Assembly (NCBI GenBank): GCA_964480775.1
Contig: CAYZRF010000018.1
Span: 1 to 32,000, forward strand
From: an uncultured Nitrososphaerota archaeon
GTDB lineage: Archaea; Korarchaeota; Korarchaeia; Korarchaeales; Korarchaeaceae
Direction: 5' to 3'
DNA length: 32,000 nucleotides
The translations under genes and the position numbers were made by a program. The notes under the pieces are model-generated. The model was not told the origin of the DNA, searched no databases, and saw only the letters and a program-made list of their open reading frames with translations. Of the stretch, positions 8,377-16,359 are shown one piece after another; position 1 is the stretch's first letter; every line of letters starts with the position of its first letter.

Positions 8377-9834
8377 TCAGGATTTCTTTTGTATCAGCTC
8401 GACGGGCCTAGCAGCTAAGATACAACCGGGATCTGGTGCCATATAATCACCAAAGTAGCCGTAAGCCCTTGCTCTACACCCTCCGCAAACGTATCTGAAG
8501 CGACATGAACCACATGGTTCCTGAAGCTTATCCTTGTTTCTTAGATCGTTTAGCACTGGGTTATTTCTCCACCACTCCTCAAAATTCTCCCCTACCTCTA
8601 AGATATTTCCTATCTTCAATGGGAAGAAGACACAGGGCCTTATGTCCCCATTTGGCCAAATACCGAAGTAAAAACGACCAGCACCACAACCTCCTATGAA
8701 GTCGGCAAGACCTCTTAGCTTGGATCCTAATTCAGCATTATAGAAGTGAGTAGGAAGTAGCGACCCTTCTCTATCCTCTTCTAAGGCTACTCTAGCGAAT
8801 TGGGGCGCGGTACTTAAAACTTGAACCTTCATCCCCTTCTCCTTGTACTTTAATTTTTTCCAGAGCAATCTAAGAAGTTCTTCTCTCTCCTCTGGGCTGA
8901 TATCTTCCTCCTCGATGAATATTCCCCTCCCTGTTGGAACGAAGTTGTACATCATGAACCATTGAACTCCTAACGAGTTGCAGAAATCTATAAGGCCCGG
9001 GATCTCTTTTAGGTTATATCTCGTTGTTGTTGTAGCTACGTTCACGAAGAAGCCTTTTCTCACAGCTATCTTGATGCCTTCAACCGTACGCTCCCAAGCT
9101 CCTTGTATGCCTCTGAATTCATCGTGCGTTTTTGGCTTCAAGCCGTCCAAGCTTATTTGCAGAAATCTTACGCCTGATGCTTTGAGTTTATCCGCAGTCT
9201 TTTCATCTATTAAGGTTCCATTTGTAGCCATTGCTACATAAATCCCTTTATCCGATGCATATTTTGATAACTCGTAGATATCCGGTCTGACAAGGGGCTC
9301 TCCTCCTGACCAGGCTATTGTAACGATGCCTGCTCTGTCAAGGATATCGATCACTCTTTTTGCCTCATCAGTGCTCAACTCTTCGTACAAGGGCTTACCA
9401 GCATTTGCATAGCAGTGTTTACACCTTAAGTTACAGGCATAGGTTACATCCCAAACCACAAGGAAGGGAGCACCAGGAACAAAGGGTTTTCTAACCCCAA
9501 AATAGGCTAATCCCTTTACCACGCTAGCTAAAGCCCTTCTCCAATAAGGATCATTCATCCTTCTCCTAACTTCCTCTGGATCTGCTCCAAAGGACTTAGC
9601 TCCTCTCTGAATGATTGTAGATATGAGTTTCGAGATAAGTCTACATTGCATACAGATATTCTCTGGCCCTAAAATGCCAGCATATACTTTTAATGCCGCA
9701 TCAAGCCTACTTATTCCGTCTTTTTTACAATATCCCGTTGCAAATCTCAAAAGCCCCTTAGAAATCGGGTTTTCAATTATCTTTTGAAATGTGCCGACAG
9801 CTCCCACCATATCATTCATTTTGCTCTCCTCCAA
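8377..9834 (-). CDS. Radical SAM / SPASM-domain enzyme with ~120-aa N-terminal extension
   Basis: CNLRCKHC (CxxxCxxC) with SGGEPL. The C-terminal SPASM pattern is CGAGRFYFGIWPNGDIRPC ... CGSCRFRYVCGGCRARAY ... DPGC. The track start is TTG 9834. ATG 9819 (MNDMVG), preceded by GGAGGAG, is more likely and overlaps the upstream stop as ATGAATGA. Confidence 0.9.
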   Translation of the reverse strand: MEESKMNDMVGAVGTFQKIIENPISKGLLRFATGYCKKDGISRLDAALKVYAGILGPENICMQCRLISKLISTIIQRGAKSFGADPEEVRRRMNDPYWRRALASVVKGLAYFGVRKPFVPGAPFLVVWDVTYACNLRCKHCYANAGKPLYEELSTDEAKRVIDILDRAGIVTIAWSGGEPLVRPDIYELSKYASDKGIYVAMATNGTLIDEKTADKLKASGVRFLQISLDGLKPKTHDEFRGIQGAWERTVEGIKIAVRKGFFVNVATTTTRYNLKEIPGLIDFCNSLGVQWFMMYNFVPTGRGIFIEEEDISPEEREELLRLLWKKLKYKEKGMKVQVLSTAPQFARVALEEDREGSLLPTHFYNAELGSKLRGLADFIGGCGAGRFYFGIWPNGDIRPCVFFPLKIGNILEVGENFEEWWRNNPVLNDLRNKDKLQEPCGSCRFRYVCGGCRARAYGYFGDYMAPDPGCILAARPVELIQKKS

Positions 9835-10168
9835 GACGTTTTTGTAACTCTTCCAGATTTTTCAACTTCCTTTGAAGAGTCTTTCTCAAAACTTCGATTA
9901 TTTCAGGGATAGGAGCGAGGAAATAAACATACTTGAGCCTTCCTTCTATTTCGGAGGCTTTTCTTTTTACTAGACCATAATCACGCATTTTCTTGAGACA
10001 TTCGTGGGCTGTTCTCCTGGAGACATTTGCTAACTCCATTAATTTCTCAATAGTGGCTTCTTTTTCCTTAGATAATACCTGAAGAATATATATGGCTGAT
10101 TTTGGCAGTTTTAGGATCTCTTCGATTGAGGTAAATAGCCTTTCGGATAGCGTTTTAGGAAGGTTCAT
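9812..10168 (-). CDS. Winged-helix transcriptional regulator (TrmB/MarR-like)
   Basis: SAIYILQVLSKEKEATIEKLMELANVSRRTAHECLKKMRDYGLVKRK is a classic HTH plus wing, followed by a C-terminal coiled-coil-like tail. The stop overlaps the start of the rSAM gene. Confidence 0.75.
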   Translation of the reverse strand: MNLPKTLSERLFTSIEEILKLPKSAIYILQVLSKEKEATIEKLMELANVSRRTAHECLKKMRDYGLVKRKASEIEGRLKYVYFLAPIPEIIEVLRKTLQRKLKNLEELQKRLGGEQNE

Positions 10169-10178
10169 CTTACCATCT

Positions 10179-10198
10179 TGTGCAAAATTACTTGCACA
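10179..10198. promoter_or_regulatory. Candidate operator: perfect inverted repeat TGTGCAA-N6-TTGCACA
   Basis: Read directly from the sequence. It sits 11-30 nt upstream of the wHTH start (10168) and abuts the TATA-like ATATATAAAT at 10199-10208, a position typical of archaeal autorepression sites. Confidence 0.35.
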
Positions 10199-10740
10199 TA
10201 ATATATAAATGTATGTATACCATCATTTTGTGTTTTTTGATATTTTTACAAATTTTATGAAATAAGCAAAATAATATCCATTAATAGTCATCATATTAGA
10301 TTAGAATAAGTCTTCATTTAAAAAGGGCATTGAAAATGTCAAAAATCCTCTTAAAATTGGTTGTTCTGGACTACCTGCATCCATTCTTTGATTTTTAGGC
10401 GCCTAAATTGAATGAATTTCTAAATTGTTAGAAAAAAGTTACCTACAGAGGTCAAACCTTAATAGAAGTCGTCGCTGTCTAAAGAATAGGAAGTTGCTGA
10501 ACCATTAGTTTACATAAGAAATTTAGTCTTAAGTCGATTTCATTAAAATACCAACTGAACTTATGAGAGAAATCTTCGATAGGGATGTAAATGGAATTTC
10601 GAATTTCTTCGCTATATGTAAATCAAGAATTACTTTTTATTGGAGAACTATAGCGCTATAGCACAAGAACGTGAGAATGTTCTCTATAAATCTTGAGAAC
10701 CTTCAATCGCAGAGATTAACTTTATTAGAAGCTTTCATGA

Positions 10741-10756
10741 TTATCTTATAAGATAA
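10741..10756. promoter_or_regulatory. Perfect 16-bp palindrome TTATCTTATAAGATAA abutting the start codon of the zinc-ribbon/DUF4342 gene
   Basis: Verified self-complementary by hand. It ends 3 nt before ATG 10760. Function is unknown, and short palindromes are expected by chance in A/T-rich DNA. Confidence 0.25.
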
Positions 10757-10759
10757 ATT

Positions 10760-11080
10760 ATGAAACAGTGTCCTAGATGTGGGAAAGACGTAGAAGAGGA
10801 TATGAACTATTGTCCTTATTGTGGAGAGCCATTAAAGAAGGTTTCAAAAGAGGAGTTTTCAGTTCCAGCTGACGATCTTGTTGCGAAAGTTAAGGAGCTG
10901 ATCCATGAGGGGAACGTAAGGAGGATTATAGTAAAGGACGAAGAGGGAAAAACTCTTTTGGAGATTCCCGCAACAGTTGGAGTAATAGGAGCAATTCTTG
11001 CACCATGGATGGCCGCTCTTGGAGTAATTGCTGCAATAGCTACGAAGTGTAATATAATTGTAGAGAGAAGAGAGAACTAG
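10760..11080 (+). CDS. Zinc-ribbon + DUF4342 domain protein
   Basis: N-terminal CPRCG...CPYCG zinc ribbon. It is followed by the DUF4342-like string VKELIHEGNVRRIIVKDEEGKTLLEIPATVGVIGAILAPWMAALGVIAAIATKCNIIVER. Confidence 0.8.
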   Translation: MKQCPRCGKDVEEDMNYCPYCGEPLKKVSKEEFSVPADDLVAKVKELIHEGNVRRIIVKDEEGKTLLEIPATVGVIGAILAPWMAALGVIAAIATKCNIIVERREN

Positions 11081-11250
11081 GGTTTACAGCCTGAGATCCT
11101 CTATTAATAGAGTAAAGAAGCTTAGTTTAAAGCCGTAATAAGAAATTGCTTTTCTTGCTCAGTTCGAGCACTAATAAAGGATGTATGAGTATTCGGTAAG
11201 ACATCATTGGGTGGAAAAATTTTTTTCTAATATATAGGCCAGTCTTATTA

Positions 11251-12366
11251 GTGATCCGTATGAAATGGTCAGGTCGCCTTATCCTTGCAATAGCACTTGT
11301 AGTGATCGTAATACTCGGAATATCTTATGGTGTTTACCAAAACTTCCTAAATAAGTCCGTAGAGAAAAAAGTTGTTATATATACCTATGAAAGCCTGTTG
11401 AAGTGGGGAACCGATCCAAATGCAACACTTCAGGCAGTATACGGGGGATTTGAAGCTAAGTACAACTGCAAGGTGGAGATAAGGGAGTTTGACGATGCAA
11501 GGACAGCCTTACTTGTTTTAATGGAGGAAAAGAACTCACCAAATGCAGATGTGATCATAGGCATAGACAACATACTGATACATGAGGTGATTGATGCGGG
11601 AGTTCTAGATCCCTTCACTCCAGCAAATATAGATGAAATTCCAGACTGGCTCATAAACTCGTTAGATCCCACTCATCACGTGATTCCGTATGATTACGGT
11701 TTGATAGCGTTTGTTTATGATAGTGAGAGAGTTCTCCAGGAGAATATGGCCAGCCTTACGTTTGAAGATTTGTTAAACCCTGAATTAGCCTCAAAACTCG
11801 TTCTTGAGGATCCAACTGTGAGCAGTACTGGAATCAACTTTCTCCTCTGGCAGATTGCCGCCTACAAGATGCAAGGAAAGGATTGGACAACTTGGTGGGC
11901 TTCGATCAAAGACCAGGCAAAGGTAGCTGGAAGCTGGGGTGACGCCTATGATATATTCCTTGATGAGGCCCAAGGAAGGCCTATAGTAGTCAGCTATGGA
12001 ACTGACCCTGCCTATTCATATTACTTCTATCAAGAGACGAGGTATAAGGCTGCTTTGGTTGAGTATGATAATAAGGAGTGGGCATGGCTTCAGATAGAAG
12101 GAATAGGCCTCGTAAAGGGAGCACCACATGAAGATCTCGCCAAGAAGTTCATAGAGTATTTCCTTAGTCCAGAAGTTCAAGAACATATCCCGCTGAACAA
12201 CTGGATGTACCCAGCAAACTCCAAAGCTGAACTCCCAGATGTTTACAAAGAATATGCAATTGATCCCCTTGAAGTTAACCTAATGAACGAAATCTTATCC
12301 CAGCAGGAGATCAAAGAAAACTTAAAGTCGTGGATGAATGCTTGGCGGGAGGTAGTTGGAGGTTAG
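11251..12366 (+). CDS. thiB: Thiamine ABC transporter substrate-binding protein (TbpA/ThiB-like), TM-anchored
   Basis: Collinear with E. coli TbpA as I recall it: VVIYTYESL (VYTYDSF), DYGLIAFVYD (FDYGYFAFVYD), DPTVSSTGINFLLW (DPRTSTPGLGLLLW), SWGDAYDIFL (GWSEAYGLFL), VSYGTDPAY (LSYTTSPAY), NWMYP. The likely start is ATG 11260 (MKWSG...) rather than GTG 11251. Confidence 0.82.
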   Translation: MIRMKWSGRLILAIALVVIVILGISYGVYQNFLNKSVEKKVVIYTYESLLKWGTDPNATLQAVYGGFEAKYNCKVEIREFDDARTALLVLMEEKNSPNADVIIGIDNILIHEVIDAGVLDPFTPANIDEIPDWLINSLDPTHHVIPYDYGLIAFVYDSERVLQENMASLTFEDLLNPELASKLVLEDPTVSSTGINFLLWQIAAYKMQGKDWTTWWASIKDQAKVAGSWGDAYDIFLDEAQGRPIVVSYGTDPAYSYYFYQETRYKAALVEYDNKEWAWLQIEGIGLVKGAPHEDLAKKFIEYFLSPEVQEHIPLNNWMYPANSKAELPDVYKEYAIDPLEVNLMNEILSQQEIKENLKSWMNAWREVVGG

Positions 12367-12451
12367 TAACTACCTCTCTCTTCCCTCCTTTTTATAATTC
12401 AGGAGCACCAATATCCTATCCTTTTCTCAGGATTGATGGTAAGAGGCAGGT

Positions 12452-14011
12452 ATGTTGTCTAGAAGAGGATTTATTGTCTCTAAGCTTGGCATAATCTCTA
12501 TTGCACTATTGCTTGGATTGTGGGGAGCCAGTTCCTTTGGTCTGTTGATGCACGGAATACCCTCTTTGCCAGAAGCTCTAAAGGATAAAGCCATAAGAAG
12601 AGCTTTTCGCTTTTCTTTTGTCCAGGCATTTGCTAGCGCACTCCTTTCTGTTGCTTTAGCAATACCTATAGCTTATCTTGATGCCACATACGATTTTAGG
12701 GGTAGAAAGGTTTTGAAAGCCCTTGTAACCATGCCATTTACCCTACCCACAATATCTGTGGCTCTTTCCTTTCTTTTGCTATCTCGTAAAGGCATTGTTC
12801 CCTCTGGGTGGTCATCAATCATTGCTGCGCACGCCTACTTTAACTTTGGAATGTGTTCTCAGATACTTTCAGCAACATTAAGCTCCATAAGCACTGACGT
12901 AGAGGAAGCTGCTGATACTTTAGGAGCCAGCTACTGGCTTAAGCTTAGGGTCATAATACTGCCTCTCATAATGAGAGGCATCCTTTATTCATTCACTCTA
13001 ACATTTGTCCTATGCTTTACAAGCTTTGCTATTCCTCTTCTCCTAGGAGGACCCCGCTATAGGACTTTAGAGGTTGAGATTTATTCCTTATACAAGGTTT
13101 TCCTAGACAAAAACCTTGCTTCTGGCGCAGCAATTCTTCAACTTATAGTTACTGGTTTAGTTTCAGTAATAGCCTTGAGGTCTTTACCAGCTGCCAGGTC
13201 CAAAGAGGCAAGATTGAGGAGAAGAATTCCAAAGGATCCTTTTCATACATCTCTTTTGGCATATTACTGCGTTATGGCCTGCTTAGCGTTATATCCTATC
13301 GTTTACTTGGCCTACAGATCTCTTTTCAATCCTCTAACCAATGAGTTCTCTCCAAAAATATACCTCAAGGTTCTTTCGCCTTTCTTTGACCCTTCTTTGG
13401 GAACTTCGCCCCTGAACTCTTTGATTAACAGTCTTTTCTTTGCTATAATGACCTCTTTGACCACTTTAGTTGTGGCTAGCCTTCTAATAGCATCTGCTCC
13501 AAGGATTAAGAACCTCGGAATGCTGATATCTCTTCTCCCACTAGGAACCTCCTCCATAAGCCTGGCTCTCGGCCTCTATTCCATTGGCAGCAAATTCCAG
13601 ATTCCAAGCTGGATCCTCATAACTTCTAGCCATTTCCTCATCTCAGCTCCTTTCACCTTTAGAAGCCTAGAAGCAGGCGCATCCGCCATAGACCCTGTGT
13701 TTGTGGATGCTGCGGAGACGCTAGGTTTAGACAGGTTGGATGCTACATTCAAGGTTCTTTTGCCCCTAATTATGCCCTCCGTACTCGTCGGAGGTTTTTA
13801 TGCATTTGCCATGTCAATTTCTGAAACTTCTGCCGTGGCCCTTCTCTCTACACCAGAAACTCAGACTTTAACAGTTGCAACGTTAAGGTACTCTGGTGTG
13901 AGGAGATTTCAGGAGGCAACCGCTATATCCGTTCTCGTCTGTATGTTGACTTGGGCTCTACTGGGTCTTCAAGGAATGGCAGAAAAAAGAATGAAATGGG
14001 CTAGGAGATGA
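12452..14011 (+). CDS. thiP: ABC transporter permease, duplicated (12-TM) ThiP/FbpB type
   Basis: 519 aa with two tandem permease halves, each carrying an EAA-like loop (EEAADTLGAS and VDAAETLGLD). It lies between the SBP and the ATPase. Confidence 0.8.
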   Translation: MLSRRGFIVSKLGIISIALLLGLWGASSFGLLMHGIPSLPEALKDKAIRRAFRFSFVQAFASALLSVALAIPIAYLDATYDFRGRKVLKALVTMPFTLPTISVALSFLLLSRKGIVPSGWSSIIAAHAYFNFGMCSQILSATLSSISTDVEEAADTLGASYWLKLRVIILPLIMRGILYSFTLTFVLCFTSFAIPLLLGGPRYRTLEVEIYSLYKVFLDKNLASGAAILQLIVTGLVSVIALRSLPAARSKEARLRRRIPKDPFHTSLLAYYCVMACLALYPIVYLAYRSLFNPLTNEFSPKIYLKVLSPFFDPSLGTSPLNSLINSLFFAIMTSLTTLVVASLLIASAPRIKNLGMLISLLPLGTSSISLALGLYSIGSKFQIPSWILITSSHFLISAPFTFRSLEAGASAIDPVFVDAAETLGLDRLDATFKVLLPLIMPSVLVGGFYAFAMSISETSAVALLSTPETQTLTVATLRYSGVRRFQEATAISVLVCMLTWALLGLQGMAEKRMKWARR

Positions 14012-14014
14012 GCT

Positions 14015-15004
14015 ATGGTCGAGGTTAGGTTAATTGGTGTGACGAAGAGATTTGGATCTACACTTGCACTTGAAGAGGTTAACCTTACAGTTCCAGATGG
14101 AAGCATTACAGCTGTTGTTGGGCCCAGTGGTTGTGGAAAGACAACTATGCTTAGGATAATAGCGGGTCTAGAAATTCCCGATTCTGGAAGGGTTTTGTTC
14201 GATGGTAAAGATGTAACTGAGATCCTGCCAAAGGACAGGAATGTCGGGATGGTTTTCCAAGAACTAGCCCTCTTTCCTCACCTTACGGTTTTGGATAACG
14301 TTGCTTTTGGGCTTATTGCAAGAGGATATGGACATGATGAAGCAAAGAAGCGGGCAATGGATTTGATAAGACTTCTTAGATTAGAGGGTCTTGAAAAGAG
14401 ATATCCTCATCAGCTTTCAGGAGGTCAGCAGCAAAGAGTAGCTCTAGCGAGAGCGTTAGCTCCAAATCCTTTAGTATTGCTTTTGGATGAACCCTTCGGA
14501 GCTCTCGATGCAAGACTGAGGGAACAGCTACTCTGGGAAATCAGAAGACTTCACAATGAACAGGAATTTACAGCTATACACGTCACTCATGACCAGGCGG
14601 AAGCCCTAGCCATAGCAGATAGGCTTGCAATAATGAGGGATGGGAAAATTGTTAGAGAGGGTCCATCTGAGGATGTGGTTAGAGATCCTAGAAGCGAGTT
14701 TGCAGCGAGATTTCTTGGAGCAAACGTCCTTAGGTTGAAGAAAGTTGGTCCATTCAAGTACAAAATCGGAGAGCAGATTTTGCAGTTGGAGAGGGAGGAG
14801 GACGAAATTTTGCTTGCTTTTTATCCAGAAGAGGTTGAGCCTTCCGACAAAGGATTTGAAGGTGAGGTAAAAGCCATTTCTTTCTCCAGACTCGGATACA
14901 GGCTGATAGTGGTCATAGACAGCGAGGAAGTAGAAGTTTTTTGGAGGGAAAGACCAGCCTCTAGGATAAGGTTTAGACCTACAAATCCTGTTTTCATACC
15001 TTGA
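14015..15004 (+). CDS. ABC transporter ATP-binding protein with C-terminal TOBE-like extension
   Basis: Walker A GPSGCGKTT, signature LSGGQQQRVALARAL, Walker B LLLLDEPFGALD and H-loop VTHDQ. About 90 extra C-terminal residues resemble PotA/FbpC/CysA-type ATPases rather than short ThiQ. Confidence 0.9.
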   Translation: MVEVRLIGVTKRFGSTLALEEVNLTVPDGSITAVVGPSGCGKTTMLRIIAGLEIPDSGRVLFDGKDVTEILPKDRNVGMVFQELALFPHLTVLDNVAFGLIARGYGHDEAKKRAMDLIRLLRLEGLEKRYPHQLSGGQQQRVALARALAPNPLVLLLDEPFGALDARLREQLLWEIRRLHNEQEFTAIHVTHDQAEALAIADRLAIMRDGKIVREGPSEDVVRDPRSEFAARFLGANVLRLKKVGPFKYKIGEQILQLEREEDEILLAFYPEEVEPSDKGFEGEVKAISFSRLGYRLIVVIDSEEVEVFWRERPASRIRFRPTNPVFIP

Positions 15005-15039
15005 AGTGATGTATTTTAAACAACGACTTATGCATTTCA

Positions 15040-15846
15040 ATGATGTTAACCCTAGAATCCCTTGAAATAAATTCAAAAAGGGTTGTCGCATCCATTTGTG
15101 ATTATACAAAGGAGTTCATTAGAAAAGCTGGAGCTAAAGGCGTAGTTATCGGAATAAGCGGTGGAGTGGACTCTAGCACCACCGCAGCTCTCATGGTTCG
15201 AGCGCTAGGAAAAAACAGGGTTTTAGGTTTATTGTTACCAGAAGAAGGTGTTACCCCAAAGGAAGATATAGACGATGCCAGAGAACTAGTTAATCTGCTC
15301 GGCATTAGATGGGAGGAAGTTGAGATCTCTACAATAGTTAAGAGATACTTACACATTCTTCCAAAGAGCAATGATGTGCTGGCAGAAGGTAATCTCAAGC
15401 CTAGGATAAGAATGACAATACTGTATTACTATGCTAATTCGCTAAATTACCTAGTAGCTGGCTCTGGAGATAGAAGCGAGCTTCTAATAGGTTATTTCAC
15501 TAAGTATGGAGACGGAGGAGTCGACTTCTTGCCTATTGGGAGGCTATTCAAAACACAGGTTAGACAGCTAGCTCTTTATCTCGGTATACCTGAAAGGATA
15601 GCCCAAAAACCAAGCTCTCCCAGGCTCTGGAAAGGACACCTTGCAGAAAAGGAGTTAGGTATTTCCTATGAGGAGATCGACCTTATCTTACACGCTCTTT
15701 TTGACCTCAAACTTTCCATAAAAGAGGCCTCAGAGGAGACAGGACTTAACGAAAGCAAAGTTCTTACGGTTCTAAGTATGTACGAAAAGAGCAAACATAA
15801 GAGAGAGGCACCACCTGTGGCACCCATAGGTTTAGAGCCAAGGTAG
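15040..15846 (+). CDS. nadE: NH3-dependent NAD+ synthetase
   Basis: PP-loop GISGGVDSS, then GYFTKYGDGGVDFLPIG and QKPSSPRLW, which are typical of NadE. 268 aa. Confidence 0.9.
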   Translation: MMLTLESLEINSKRVVASICDYTKEFIRKAGAKGVVIGISGGVDSSTTAALMVRALGKNRVLGLLLPEEGVTPKEDIDDARELVNLLGIRWEEVEISTIVKRYLHILPKSNDVLAEGNLKPRIRMTILYYYANSLNYLVAGSGDRSELLIGYFTKYGDGGVDFLPIGRLFKTQVRQLALYLGIPERIAQKPSSPRLWKGHLAEKELGISYEEIDLILHALFDLKLSIKEASEETGLNESKVLTVLSMYEKSKHKREAPPVAPIGLEPR

Positions 15847-15858
15847 GAGGGAAGCAGG

Positions 15859-16359
15859 ATGATAGGTGTTATGTCTGATACACATGATGACCTAAATTCA
15901 ATTAAAGCTGCTTTAGAATTTTTTTCAAGGGAAAAAGTGGAACTTCTCTTTCATTTAGGTGATTTAGTTTCTCCATTTGCTCTTAAAGAACTTGCAAAAT
16001 GGGAAGGTAGAGTTGATCTCCTTTGGGGAAACAACGAAGGAGAAGCTCTCGTGGCAAAATTAGGGGTTGAACTTGGAATAAGGGTTCACACAGCTCCCGT
16101 AGAACTAACTCTTTCTGGTAGAAAACTCATTGCATTTCATGGATTTGGAAGCTTACATCTTACAGAAAAGATTGCAAGAATTTTGGCAGATAGCGGAGAA
16201 TACGATGTTGTTCTATTTGGGCACACTCATTCGCCTGTCGTAGAGAGAAGAAAAGCACTGCTGGTTAACCCAGGAGAGGCCTGTGGGAAGCTTACAAGAA
16301 GAAAAACTATTGCGTTAGTTGATTTAGATAGGTTAGAAGCGAAAATCGTAGAAATTTAA
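15859..16359 (+). CDS. YfcE/MJ0936-family metallophosphoesterase
   Basis: MSDTHDD, HLGDL, GNNEGE, FHGF, GHTH and NPGE motifs appear in the canonical order. GGAGG precedes the ATG. Confidence 0.85.
   Translation: MIGVMSDTHDDLNSIKAALEFFSREKVELLFHLGDLVSPFALKELAKWEGRVDLLWGNNEGEALVAKLGVELGIRVHTAPVELTLSGRKLIAFHGFGSLHLTEKIARILADSGEYDVVLFGHTHSPVVERRKALLVNPGEACGKLTRRKTIALVDLDRLEAKIVEI

Noticed and set aside
10169-10759. Replication origin (A/T-rich unwinding region).
   Set aside because: I could recognise no ORB or mini-ORB-like repeats (GTTCCA...GGAAAC type), and there is no orc1/cdc6 or whiP-like gene adjacent.
11081-11250. Possible TPP riboswitch upstream of the thiamine transporter (a CTGAGA is present at ~11091).
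   Set aside because: The other conserved elements are missing, namely the GGGG-type P2 entry, ACCTGATCTGGATAATGCCAGCG and the closing P1. A single hexamer is not evidence.
14606-15109. 167-aa minus-strand ORF spanning the ATPase 3' end and the nadE start.
   Set aside because: It overlaps two well-supported plus-strand genes and has no recognisable domain or plausible promoter context.
16356-16359. Convergent genes sharing TTAA, so that both stop codons overlap.
   Set aside because: This is real but a trivial consequence of genome compaction. It is not a regulatory feature in itself.
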